Positions 24,540-37,379 of a stretch of DNA of 64,000 nt are shown here, piece by piece; position 1 is the stretch's first letter, and the number at the start of each line of letters is the position of its first letter. The notes under the pieces were generated by a model. The model worked only from the letters and a program-made list of their open reading frames with translations. It searched no databases and was not told the DNA's origin. Made by a program: the position numbers and the translations under genes. Source of the stretch: Eledone cirrhosa (lineage: Eukaryota); contig OZ024741.1 in NCBI GenBank assembly GCA_964016885.1, forward strand, positions 220,162,001 to 220,226,000. The letters run 5' to 3'.

Positions 24540-24970
24540 GTCTGTGGCGTTCGAGACGTTTGGGGAGCTGGGCCGATGACAGCGAAGTTCTTGTCATCGC
24601 TAGTGGCTCACCTTACTGGGGTATCAGGTGATGCCTGTGAGAATGCTTGGTTGTTTCAGCACCTTCGCGACTAAGCTAGATTCTGCTGCACTTCGGGCTG
24701 AGGAGAGCAAACTCTCCAAGTAGCAGTCGCTCTCCGACAGGTTTGCGGTCATGCCCCTAGCAGTGGAGACTTCAGGTGTCCTTGGCCCTAGGGTCACATC
24801 CCTATTTACCACCATAGGCGCTGAGCTGGCTAGCCGCAGGTGTGAGCCCCACGAGATGGTATGGCTTTTCCAGCGCATCTCCCTTACCATCCTCCTTTGA
24901 AACGCCTTCTCTATTCTGTCCGCAGGGGCGGTAGGGCAGCCAGCACGTGGGACCCAATTTGCTCATAATA
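24540..24970 (+). mobile_element. CRE-like non-LTR retrotransposon 3' fragments (restriction-like endonuclease C-terminus)
   Basis: DRFAVMPLAVETSGVLGP...IGAELASRRCEPHEMVWLFQRISLTIL..NAFSIL matches the P.AVET.G..G / FQR.S..I.RGNA terminus of CRE-clade ORFs. Extra partial motifs AFETFGELG (24546) and GDVCESAWLLQ (about 25170). Confidence 0.7.
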
Positions 24971-25714
24971 TAGAGAGATGGGGAGGGTGAGAGAGAGAGG
25001 GAGGCGATGACAGTGGGAGTTCAGCTCTTCCGTGTTCGGAGACAAATTTTATGAATCTATGTGATTCAGTGAATCTCCCGACCATTCCGAAGAATCAAGT
25101 GATGTCCGTGGGGGTGTTTGATTGTTCAAGTGTCTTAGCCTTGCCAGCATCCTGCCTTACCGTGGTACCTGGTGATGTCTGTGAGAGTGCTTGGTTGTTG
25201 CAGCTCCTAGCATCGCTATCACCGGCAGTAATGCTGCCAACGTGTTAACTAGCTTCAACAGATATTAGAAAGGAGGATCCAATCCCCTTTGTGGTGTGAC
25301 TGATTGACGCACTTAGTGTTCAATTGATGTTTGTTTTTTTTCGCTTTGATTGTATATTTTTATGTGTTATATTTATAAGGTTCCATGAATTTTATTTTTA
25401 TGTGAAACATCATAATTATAGTATCTTATTAATGAAGTCTTCTTGTGGATCTAAACGAAATAAAATATGCGTAATACACGACAAAAATAAAATAAAAATT
25501 GTTAGCTGCAAGTAGCCATGCAAATTATTTAGATATTTCGGGGAAAATTACACTTATCAACAAAACACTGTTGAAATAAATGAAAGTAATTAGTCGATTA
25601 GCTCAAGATATAGCAGATAATAATAATAATAAATGTGTAGACTAAAATCCAAAGAGGGATAAGGATAAATAAATATCAAATATATAAGAACCCTAAACCA
25701 AATATTTATTAAAA

Positions 25715-25833
25715 TAAAAGATTAAAATTTAAACAAAGGATCGCTGCTTTTACCCTTAACGGGATCTTCTGAGTTTCAGATGATCCCGTTAAGGGGGAAA
25801 GCAGCGATTCTTTGTTTAAACTTTAATCTGTTA

Positions 25834-25840
<7 letters not shown>
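25715..25840. mobile_element. Inverted dimer of the CAGA(A/U)GA hammerhead-like repeat
   Basis: Minus-strand copy at about 25715-25771 joined back to back to a plus-strand copy GAGTTT CAGATGA TCCC GTTAA GGGG GAAA GCAGCGATTCTTTGT TT AAACT, followed by (TA)n. Confidence 0.7.
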
Positions 25841-25901
<61 letters not shown>

Positions 25902-26112
25902 TATAAATTAGAAATAGAAGCATCGCCGTATTTTTAACTGAAGAAATTTTAGCCTGATAGAAATGGAAAAAGTTGAGCATTGACGTACATTTACGTCAAT
26001 ACTCATCTTTTTCCATTCTTAGAGGGTTCTAAACACCACTATCAGGTTAAAATTTCTCGCTCGCTGTTTCAAAACATATTTACTTATATATATATATATA
26101 TATATATAGTAT

Positions 26113-26387
26113 AAAAAAACGAAAAATCAGTGATGCATCTGGACTCAGTTTATTGCGTGTTACAATTGTTTCGCGGGCAGGTAGCTCGAGACATGATCAC
26201 TGTATGGATCTGGCTGATTCTCACTGAGAAAATTTGCTCCGAACGAGTTGCATGTGTCCGAAGGAACCTGCAGCCGTAGATTCAGCCAGATCCATGCAGT
26301 GATCATGTCTCGAACTACCTGCCGGCGAAACAATTGTAACACGCAATAAACTGAGTCCAGATGCATCACTGATTTTTCGTTTTTTTT
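26113..26387. mobile_element. Fold-back element (about 105-bp inverted arms) beside (TA)n
   Basis: 26113-26217 is the reverse complement of 26282-26387. The right arm contains GAAAC AATT GTA ACAC. Confidence 0.85.
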
Positions 26388-26474
26388 AACTATTCACACT
26401 CTGCTCTGTATAAGTATTGAGTGCTAATGTTAGCATACCGCCTATGGAAGCACCATAGCTACCATTATACACAC

Positions 26475-26550
<76 letters not shown>

Positions 26551-27439
26551 ATATATACATATATGTTAATAAATGTCACAAACAAAACGCAGGAGGCAAT
26601 TTTACACAGCTATATTAGGTTCACGCTTGGAGGAAGTGGAAATGTATATAAATATATATATATATGAAGTTTTCTGTGAGTGTGTGTGTGGTCAATTTTT
26701 AATGAGGGGTCATATATTCTAAACCATTCATGCGATTTCTTTGAAATGTTTTACAGAGCTTCGCCTTGCACAAAACCTGTACATGATCTACAAAGGCTTT
26801 CAAAAATCGATACTGGGGCCTTTGGAGACATTAAAAAAGTTTCGGTTATTTGTGTCAATTTTCGGGATTAAGTAAGACAAGAGTTATCGTTCGTCAATAC
26901 AATAGGATCTCATTTTTGATGTTGTCAAAAACTTTGTTTTGGGATTTTGATTATTACAATTCAGCTCATTCTGATTTTACTTTACTCATTGTACTTGAAA
27001 CAAAAGGTTTTATTGTTGTAAAAAAATGTTATACCTAGACTGGATTTCTTTTGTAACATGGGATAACGGATGACACCGAGCTGACATATAATTATTTCGC
27101 TGGAATAGTGCCTAAGGTTTTCATGTTTACATAAAGTGCGTTTTTCTTCTATGTATTCAAATTTACTTTGTTTAGTTTAATGAGCTACATCGAAAGCTAC
27201 TTGTACCGTCCAAAGGACGGGTACTTTACCTAGTATATATATATATATATATATATACGTGTGTGCTTATGTGCAATCGACCAGGAACGGAGAAAGGAAG
27301 GAAAGATGTTCTCTCTCCTTCTCTCATGTAGTACTATTACAGTAAACACAGACACACACATACACACACGCACACATACACACACATACACATACAGACA
27401 CATACACACACACACACACACACACGTGAGTTTGTATAA

Positions 27440-27590
27440 TGGACTTCCAAACAGTTTCCGTCTGCCAAATTGCAATGAGAAAGGTTTGATCAACCGATAG
27501 CTGTAGTAGAAATCAATGCCCAAGGTGCCGCGTAGAGGAGTTGAACGCAGCATCATGTGGTCACGTGACAAACGCCTTAACCATACAGTG
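27440..27590 (-). mobile_element. Old tRNA-derived SINE fragment (second family)
   Basis: Minus strand CTGTATGGTTAAG...GCGTTCAACTCC...GGCACCTTGGGCA, a tRNA head followed by a CORE-like segment. Confidence 0.55.
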
Positions 27591-28299
27591 TGGTGTTATT
27601 CATAACAAGAGATATCAGGGCAGAACGTTATTTCCTTGTTGTTTATTGTGATTGTTTAGTGGTTAGTGTGTTCAGCTGACCTTCATGAGGTTGTAAGTTC
27701 GATTCCCAGTGATGCGTTGTGTCCTTAAGACACTTTATTTGACGTTGCTGCAGGCCACTGTGAGGTATATCTTTTATTCATAGAGGCAGACTTGTCACAT
27801 ATTGTCTAACACTCAATCTCTCTGCCAATTTCTATTAAAGGGTATACATGTTTGTGGAATGCTCAGCCACTTGCACGTTGTTCTGTTGGTCGAAAAATTG
27901 GTACATTCTTCGTCGCAACCGACGGAGGCCCAACAAGATCAACATTATGACTAAAATATCATACTTCGATTGAAGAAACGAGCCAAGATTATACCTGGTG
28001 AGAATGGAATAGGTTGCGTGACAATGATACCCCTGAAGGGGTGTGTTGTATAATGATAGATGATGTTGTTGGTGCTGTTGTTGGTGGTGGTGGTGGTGTG
28101 TTGTATAGTGATAGTGTCTTGTTGGTGTTGTTGTTGTTGGTGGTGGTGTTGCTGTTGTTGGTGTTGTATAGATAGCTTTAGTGTCTCTTGTTGATGTTGT
28201 TGTTATTGGTGTTGGTGTTGTTGTTGCTATTGTTGTTGTTGGTGGTGGTGGTGTTGTATAGATAGTTTTAGTGTTTCTTGTTGATGTTGTTGTTATTGG

Positions 28300-28331
<32 letters not shown>

Positions 28332-28664
28332 TTGCTGCTGGTGGTGGTGGTGGTGTATGGATAATTATAGTACCTCTTGTTGATGATGTTGTTGTTGTTG
28401 GTGGTGGTGGTGCTGGTGGTGCTGGTGTTGTTGTTGATGGTGTTGCTGCTGTTGTTGTTGTTGTTGTTATTGTTGATCTGTTGTTATTGTTGTTGTTGTT
28501 ATTGTTGTTGCTGTTGTTGTTATTGTTATTGTTATTCCTATTAAATTAAGCCTCAACTATTCAATACATATTTTAATACATAATGATTGATCTGTGGGCA
28601 TCATGTGGTGTATTCAGTAATACTAAACAATGAACTCATTCGACATTCACAGAAATGTCTTTAC

Positions 28665-29170
28665 TTCTTTCATATATCTTCAAGAAATATTCGGAAAATA
28701 GGTTCTTCTCACTCTTTCTCATCAATTAAATGTTTAATATCAACCGAGGGACCTCCGTCGGTTTTGACGAAGAGTGTTCCATCTTCGAGAATTATTCGGA
28801 AAATAGGATTTTCTTACTCTTTCTCATCAATTAAATGTTTAATATCAACCGAGGGATCTCCGTCGTTTCAACGAAGAGTGTTCCACCTGTTCGATCAACA
28901 AAACAACCTTTCATATATCTTCAAGAAATATTCGGAAAATAGGAGTTTCTCACCCTTTCTCATCAACTAAATGTCTAACATCAACCGAGGGATCTCCGTC
29001 GCATTCGACGGAGAGTGTTCCAGTTGTTCGAACAACATTTTCGTGAAATTAACGTGTAAGTGGCTGAGCACTCCACGAATACATGTATCCTTAACGTAGT
29101 TCTCAGGGAGATTCAGCATGACACAATGTGCGAGATAAGGCTGGCCTTTAGAATTGCAAGTACAATCCAC
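28665..29170 (-). repeat. SINE-like repeat tail with local triplication of a unit of about 100 bp
   Basis: ATTCGGAAAATAGG...ATCAACCGAGGGA.CTCCGTC occurs three times. Adjacent AAGTGGCTGAGCACTCCAC...GGGAGATTCAGCATGACAC also occurs, inverted, at about 27790-27880 and 50000-50100. Confidence 0.65.
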
Positions 29171-29190
29171 CCGGAATGACTGCACATATA

Positions 29191-29697
29191 CGAGGGTCGG
29201 CTTAAAATTTCATAGGCTGAACAAGATATTTCATGAAATGACTAAATGAAGTTTAGTATGGAATAAAACAATGTAGTTATTAATGCATGCAAGATTTCAC
29301 AGCTCTAACATCACTCCTTCATAGGCTGACCAAGATACTCTCATGGAATGATCAAATGAGGTTTATTTTTCAACATAGTCCCTGGAAAGTAACAATGTAG
29401 TTATTAATAAGAAAAGTTCAAAATAATTTTCTACTTTTGGCACAAGGCCAGCAATTAATCCAGTGTATTACTGGTACTTTATTTTATCGACCCCGTAAGG
29501 ATGAAAGGCAAAGTTAACCTCGGCGGGATTTGAACTCAGACAGTAAAGGGTCGTAACTCTTTGCTGCAAAGCATGGCGTCAGACCCTCTACCGATACTGC
29601 CAATTCACTATTAAAGTTGAAAATAATGCATGCAAGATTTCACAGCTCTAGCATGACTCCTTCATAGTCATCCTATGAACTTTTCAGTCAACCCCCG
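29191..29697. mobile_element. Non-autonomous mariner-like element (MITE) with a nested SINE
   Basis: TA-flanked imperfect TIRs CGAGGGTCGGCTTAAAATTTCATAGG / CCTATGAACTTTTCAGTCAACCCCCG. Minus-strand SINE at about 29427-29606 flanked by an AAAGTT(C/G)AAAATAAT duplication. Confidence 0.75.
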
Positions 29698-29780
29698 TAC
29701 AGGTTCCGTCTACCCAGTTGTAATCAGAAGACATATGTCCACCCTAGAGTATGGTAAATGTCATTTGCTCAGGATGCCAC

Positions 29781-29854
<74 letters not shown>

Positions 29855-30126
29855 ACACACACACACACACAACACACATATAAACATACACGTTATCCTT
29901 TAAAAGTAGAAAGGAGACGATGCAATATGAATCAGTGAAGTACATGGAGTAGATTAAAGTGAACTCACAGCTCCCTCAAAATATCTGACTTTTATATGGA
30001 AGTTTTAAAGAGATGATAACACTGTTCCGTGATTGGGGTTTCTCGTGTAAGCTGTGTGAACGGGATTGGTTTATCTAAAGGTCTAAAGTCTGTTTCACCA
30101 CCTGGAGGCTCATCAGGCCAGTGTAT

Positions 30127-30745
30127 AACCCGGTTTCCGAGATGTGAAGCGACCTAGAGTATAAGCCTTTTCCCTGGACAGGGTGCCTGTCCATCACAGG
30201 GTTAATGTTTACCCCAAGCCTGGAGACTCACCAAGTCGGGGCTTAACCCGGTTTCCGTGATGTGAAGCGACCTAGAGTATAAGCCTTTTCCCTGGACAGG
30301 GTGCCAGTCCATCACAGGGTTAATGTTTACCCCAAGCCTGGAGACTCACCAAGTCGGAGCTTAACCCGGTTTCTGTGATGTGAAGCGACCTAGAGTATAA
30401 GCTTTTTCCCTGGACAGGGTGCCAGTCCATCACAGGGTTAATGTTTACCCCAAGCCTGGAGACTCACCAAGTCGGGGCTTAAGCCGGTTTCTGTGATGTG
30501 AAGCGACCTAGAGTATAAGCCTTTTCCCTGGACAGGGTGTCAGTCCATCACAGGGTTAATGTTTACCCCAAGCCTGGAGACTCACCAAGTCGGGGCTTAA
30601 CCCGGTTTCTGTGATGTGAAGAGACCTAGAGTATAAGCCTTTTCCCTGGACAAGGTGCCAGTCCATCACAGGGTTAATGTTTACCCCAAGCCTGGAGACT
30701 CACCAAGTCGGGGCTTAACCCGGTTTCCGTGATGTGAAGCGACTG
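30127..30745. repeat. 118-bp tandem repeat, about 5 copies, amplified from the tail of a CORE-type SINE
   Basis: AACCCGGTTT unit starts at 30127, 30245, 30363, 30481, 30599 and 30717. Continues into a minus-strand SINE body and tRNA head (about 30810-30935, GGAATCGAACCC). Confidence 0.9.
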
Positions 30746-31249
30746 AAAGTACAAGACTCCCACCAGGACAGGACGCCAATCAATCACAGGATCAAACCTC
30801 CAGCTATTGTTGGTATTCATTTTCAGCTGAGTATACTGGAGCAACAAGAAATAAAGTGTTTTGCTGAAGAACACAACAGTTAACCCAATCCAGGAATCGA
30901 ACCCACGACATTATGATCGTAAGTCTAACACCTTTATGGTAAATTCCTTTGTAACTTTCTAGTAATTTGAAGTAACTTTGGTTGTTGAAGTTTAACCCCA
31001 GGTAAAGGGTCTCAGAGACCTCTTCTCTAAACTAAACCAATACAAATATATCAGTACTAATCGATAAAACCTATGATCAAACGTGTTCCAGACTTGACCA
31101 TCACGTCTATATCAGATGGCATGTGTATAAAGATCAGATTATCAAGTATTTTTTCCGTATTGCTACCTTAATTAGTTACTGAATCTATTGATTAGTGAAA
31201 TGGTGGAATAGGGTTTGAGTCTTAAAAATTGAATAAATAAATAACTGTC

Positions 31250-31655
31250 GTTGTTCTCTCTCTTTCTCTCACCACCTCCGTCTCTCTCACTCTCCCCATC
31301 TCTCTCTTTCACTCACTACCTCCGTCTCTCTCACTCTCCCTATCTCTCTCTTTCTCTCACTACCTCCGTCTCTCTCACTCTCCCCATCTCTCTCTCTCTT
31401 TCACTCACTACCTCCGTCTCTCTCACTATCTCCGTCTCTCTCACTCTCCCTATCTCTCTCTTTCACTCAATACCTCCGTCTCTCTCACTCTCCCCATCTC
31501 TCTTTCATTCACTACCTCCGTCTCTCTCACTCTCCCCATCTCTCATTATTATATGGTTGTTGTTCTCTCTCTTTCTCTGCCTCCGTCTCTCTCACTCTCC
31601 CTATCTCTCTCTTTCACTCCCTACCTCAATATATCCCACTCTCCCCCTCTCTCTC
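31250..31655. repeat. (CT)n-derived minisatellite CACTACCTCCGTCTCTCTCACTCTCCC...
   Basis: Direct inspection. Confidence 0.9.
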
Positions 31656-31800
31656 TATTATAAGCAAATGAGGGTCCACGCGCTGGTCCCCCTCGGCCCA
31701 GGCGGTCAGAATAAAGAAGGCGATTCCCCGAAGGATGGTGAGGGAGATACGTTGGAAGAGCCATTCCAGCTCGCGCGGCTCATGAGGTTGCCAACTCCGT
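31656..31800 (-). mobile_element. Second CRE-like 3' fragment
   Basis: Minus strand HEPRELEWLFQRISLTILRGIAFFILTA, then a 3' UTR ending ATTTGCTTATAATA. Homologous to 24840-24970. Confidence 0.7.
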
Positions 31801-32085
31801 GCCGAGTTTGGTCAGTATAGAGGTGGTCCTGGGGCCAAGGATACTCTAAGTTTCCACGGTTATGGGTTTGACCAGAAACCTGTCGGAGAGCGACCGATAT
31901 TTTATTACAGAATTTTAGTTTCAGATATATTATGTTAATTTCAGATTCAGTACAAGCGACGGAAAATAGCCTCGTTATCATAAATTACGAAATAGACTTT
32001 ACCTATTTATTACCAGCATGACCACTTTACAGAGTGAGCTGGTTGTGTTTTATTGTGGCACCCTGCCCCAGTACAATTCTAAAGC

Positions 32086-32760
32086 ATTATATCTTTTTAA
32101 ATGGATTGGCAGTATCGGTGGAGGGTCGGACGCCATGCTTTCCAGCATAGTTACGTCCCTTTACGATCTGAGTTCAAATCCCGCCGAGGTTGACTTTGCC
32201 TTTCATCCTTACGGGGTCGATAAAATAAAGTACCAGTAATGTACTGGGTAATTGCTGGCCTTGTGCCTAAAGTAGAAACAATTATATCTTTTTAAAGGCG
32301 GTGGATTAGCAGTATCGGTAGAGGGTCGGACGCCATGCTTTGACGCATAGAGTTACGGTCCTTGGCATTCTGAGTTCAAATCCCGCCGAGGTTTACTTTG
32401 CCTTTCATCCTTACGGGGTCTTGTGCCAAAAGTAGAAACAAGTATATCTTTTTAACATGAAACATATTTCTATACTGAAGGCAGAGAAGGTGTCACATTT
32501 TTTGTGGTGTTTTGATGGGGGGAACATTGCTCTACATAGTTGCTTGACATGCTAGAAATAACAACTATATGGATTGACAGTATCGGTAGAGAGTCGGACG
32601 CCATGCTTTGACGCATAGAGTTACGGCCCTTTATGGTCTGAGTTCAAACCCCGACAAGGTTAACTTTGCCTTTCATCCTTACGGGGTCGATAAAATAAAG
32701 TACCTGTAATACACTGGGATAATTGCTGGCCTTGTGCCAAAAGTATAAACAATTAATTAA
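32086..32760 (+). mobile_element. SINE cluster (three copies), two sharing a triplicated 15-bp target site
   Basis: ATTATATCTTTTTAA at 32086 and 32281, AGTATATCTTTTTAA at 32441. Third copy at about 32570-32755. Confidence 0.88.
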
Positions 32761-33039
32761 TTAAAAATATTAACAACAGCCATTTCTCCTACTTTCCCTA
32801 TACAGTCAGATTTGCCCTTCTTTACACCTTCTTCCCCATATTTGTTGCTTGGTTTTGGTTTTATCAGCTTATCTTTTTCCTTTCATATTTCCATCAATAT
32901 AATTGTAATGTTATTTATACAACTGTCAATTGATTTATTGTCTGTAATTTTATTTACCAGATTAACTATATATATAAGATGCTGATAAACTACCCAATAT
33001 ATATCATGTTTTACTCTTTTGAATACTTTGTAAAACAAG

Positions 33040-34380
33040 CCAGGAATTGGCCGTCGTCAGAACGTCAGATAGAATGCTGTGCCGTATCCCTTCTGTCTTT
33101 TTGAGTTCAAATGGCGCTAAGGTCAATTTTGCCTTTCATCCATTCAAGGAGGGGAAAAATTGTTCCAGCTCTATACTGAAGTCATTTCTTTCTCGTTTCC
33201 CATCTCTTTCTCTCCATCTCGAGAAGAGAGTGTCCGTGATCAGATCTAGAGAGGGGATTTGCTCCACCAGGTTTAAAGTGTCCGCCGAGTTCAAATTTGT
33301 CTTTTATATTTCAGGGGTCAATAAATAAAGAGCCAATTAAATACTTCAGTCGATATAATAGAATTCTACTCCCCACAGTTTATAGACCTTTATAGGCCAT
33401 CGAGGGCGGTGGGTTAGCAGAGTCGTTAGAACGTCGGGTAGAATGCTTTACAATATTCGTTCTGGTTCTCTACTCTCTGAGTTCAAGTTCTGCCGATGTC
33501 AACTTTTCCTTTCATCCATTGAAGGTCAATAAAAAGGACCAGTCTAATACTGGGGTCAATTCTTCCTCTACATCTCTTTCTCACTTCCATTCTCTCTCAC
33601 TCCCTCTATTCTTCTCTGTAACAAATCTTCTGTATTCAGACTTTGAGAAGAGCTGGGCTCCATCAGGTTTTAAAATGCCGTAGAAACTGGTATGTCAATG
33701 CGGTGCCCTCACGACTCCCCCAGGAGTTATGGAACCATATCACACCATACATATAATATGTCAGAAAGTAGATGGGCTCCACCAGGTTTTAAAATACCCT
33801 AGAAACTGGTATGTCAATGCGGTGCCCTTACGACTCCCCCAGGAGTTATGGAACCATATCATACCATACATATAATATGTCAGAAAGTAGATGGGCTCCA
33901 CCAGGTTTTAAAATACCCTAGAAACTGGTATGTCAATGTGGCGCCCCTACGACTCCCCCACAGGAATTACAAGACTATCCATATATCTATATGTTATTGA
34001 GTAAATACGCTCGAAGAAAGGCTACTTATACATTCGTCGCCAAATAAACTGTGGTAGATTGTAGATGTAGCAAACAGACTCTATAAAGATCTTCACATTG
34101 ATTTATCTTTATATTTGGCAAGAGACCACGTACCTTCAATATTTCTGGAATGTGAATGTCAGCATTTGCTGCATTAACAACGTTCATTGAATGGAAAATA
34201 ATAAATATAGCAGAAAATTGGCAAAGTTGTAAAAAGTCAGACACAATGCTTTGCGGTATTCATTCCGACTCTCTATGCTCTAAGTTCAAATTCGGCCGAG
34301 GTAAACTGTGCCTATCATCGCCTCGAGGTCGATAAAAAAAAAACTACCAGTCTAGTACTGGGGTCGATTCTTTCTCTACA
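33040..34380 (+). mobile_element. Older, diverged SINE copies and a 119-bp tandem repeat
   Basis: Degenerate B box plus TTTGCCTTTCATCC at about 33100, 33290, 33480 and 34280. GGGCTCCA.CAGGTTTTAAAAT at 33655, 33774 and 33893. Confidence 0.7.
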
Positions 34381-35406
34381 TCTCTTCTCTCTTTCTCTAA
34401 CACCCTCTCTCCTTCTATGGAAGAAATCAGCCGTGTTCAAAACTAGAGAGGAGAAGGCCGCAGCCGGATTTAAAATGTATAAGATAAACCTTATGCCGGG
34501 ACGACACCCCCTACAATTTCACAAGTAGTTACGATTCCGTCCGTCCATCCATCTATACATGGTGGCTGCTAACTCGTTTTCGAGTACGGCCACTACTTTA
34601 TATCCATGTAGGAGAACCCCTACCGATGCGCTGAACGAGTGTGACTTTTTAGTCCAGCCAGCGACTTGAAAACTCTGGTACAAACACTACACTTGTGACA
34701 ATTATTGACACATAGTGCTGGACCCATGGTACCATGTGACGACAAGTGCAGAGAGATCTCCAGATATAAAGCAATGCCTGTGCTGTGAAGCTTTTATAGT
34801 GAGCAAAGGCACTGCACAAAGCCAGTCCCACTCTCTTAACCAAGATGATATTTACCAAAAAGAAGAACAAGTCAACATCATTGGATACCATCAGGGTTGC
34901 AGGTGTTATATCAGAGTTTTCCTTCTCCTAGAATTCTGCCTTGACAAAGGCTAAGAGGTCATCTCTCCCGGTGATTTATACATACATACATACATACTGA
35001 TACAAGCACACACATACACATACATACATGCATACATATATACATACACACGCGCACATACATACACATGGATTCATACATACATACATACATACATACA
35101 TACATACACTTACATACATACATGCATACGTACATACATACATTCTCACATACATACTGACATCCACATATACATACATACATACATACATGGTGGCTGC
35201 CAACTCGTTTTCGAGTACGGCCACTACTTTATATCCATGTAGGAGAACCCCTACCGATGGGCTGAAGAAACATACATACATACATGCCTATATACATACA
35301 TACGAGGCCAAACGATGTAATGCCCAAATCATAATTCAACTTATATATGTATGTATATATGTGTGTATGTATGGGAAGCAACTCATAAGACAACGGCTAC
35401 CCAAAT

Positions 35407-35542
<136 letters not shown>

Positions 35543-36036
35543 GTAATTCCAAAGGAAAGGCAAAGGAGAAAAGAGTGCTCTATGTATAGAACAGAACTAT
35601 TTAATTAGAATTAATTGTTCACTTTCTAATTAAATATATATATACGTGCCTATATACACACACACATATATATATATATGTATGGATGTGTGTATGCGCG
35701 CGCGTGCGCGCGCGCGCGTGTGTGTGTGTTGTGTGTGTGTTGTGTGTGTATATAGGCGCAGGGACACAGAAATACTCCGGTTCGTGCTTGAGCGCACGGT
35801 AAGCCCACTGGGAGTGAGATATCCCTGTCCTTGTTAGGATATTTCTCTAGGAGAGGAAACATGATGTATAACCTGCAGCTCACTACTAACTGATGCTCAG
35901 TTCTTCTGTTGCTCAGTGAGTGGAATTGATCCAGTGCAAGGGCCTTTCCTTACTATAAAAACCCTCACACAGAGGCACAACTCGGTATTGTATGATCTTT
36001 GAATGATGTCAATGATTGGTCGTGTCCTTAAAAGGT

Positions 36037-36255
36037 GACTTTATCAAATTAATTGTTTCTACTTTTGGAACAAGGCCAGCAATTGCCGCATTGCATTACT
36101 GGTACTTTATTTTATCGACCCCGTAAGGTTGAAAGGCAAAGTTAACCTCAGTGGGATTTGAACTCAGATCATAAAGGGCCATAACTCTATGCTGCAAAGC
36201 ATGGCATCCGACGCTCTTCCGATCCTACCAAACCACTAGACTTTATCAAATTAAT
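36037..36255 (-). mobile_element. SINE with a 17-bp target-site duplication
   Basis: GACTTTATCAAATTAAT at 36037-36053 and 36239-36255. Confidence 0.9.
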
Positions 36256-37102
36256 GCTCTTAACATTGCTTCAAGAGGCCGATAATGTTAAGTGGAGGCC
36301 GTGGAACACTTGTCATATTTGTGGAAAAGACTGAATGTCTAAAACACTGAATGTCTAAAAAGCCATATTAGTTCGCAACACCCACATAACTCAACCTGGT
36401 GTCGTTTGATAGCCATATTAGATAATGGGGTGGCTGCCATCGTGTGTGTATATCTGTTTGCCTCTGTGTGTTTCAATGTGTGTGTTTACGTGTATGTATA
36501 CCTGCTTGCCTCTGTCTCTTTAATTCTGTGTGTGTACTTGTGTGTATGTATACCTGCTTGCTTCTGTGTTTCATTGTGTGTGTGTGTGTGTATACGTGCG
36601 TGCCGGTATATGTTTGTGTTTGTGTGTGTTGTGTTTTGGCTATACATTTTTGTGTATTCGTGATTAAATGCGTGTTTGTATGTATACGTATGTGCCGGTG
36701 TGTGTTTGTGTGTGTGTGTGATGTGCTTAGACATATTCAGGTTGTGTGCATTGTCATGTATAGTCTTTTATTAGTAGGTGTGCGTGTGTGTGTATGTATA
36801 GAATTTGATCAGTATATATATGCATGTGTATGTATAGTCTTTTATCAGTGTGTATATTGTGTCTGAGGTATTCTTACACGCTCCAGATTTTTTCCTATTA
36901 TCTCTTTCATTCATTTACTTTTCTCTATTAATTTCTAGAAAAAAGTAATAACCCTTCATTTTCAGAGTTGCAGGCAAAAGAGTTCGTAGTTAAGAGAACA
37001 TTAGACAAGACAATTTGACGGTACAACGGACAGTTTTCATTAAATTGGATGTAGAGGGAAATGATATACCCATGTTCTGTTTTTAGAATTATATCAATAA
37101 AG

Positions 37103-37143
<41 letters not shown>

Positions 37144-37379
37144 TAAAATGTGGAGAAGGAGCACACGAGTTGGAATATATATATATATGAAAACGGAGAA
37201 AAAGACGATTATTAGGAAGAAAAATATTTTTTTTTATTTTATTTTTTTCTCTCTTTTTTCTGTGTTAGAAAATGTTTAAAACAAAACATTTTACTTTGTG
37301 TGAAGTTTTAAGGTATTAGTTAATTAATTTATTAATTAACAATGGCATTTATTTATTTATTTATTTATATATTTAATAA

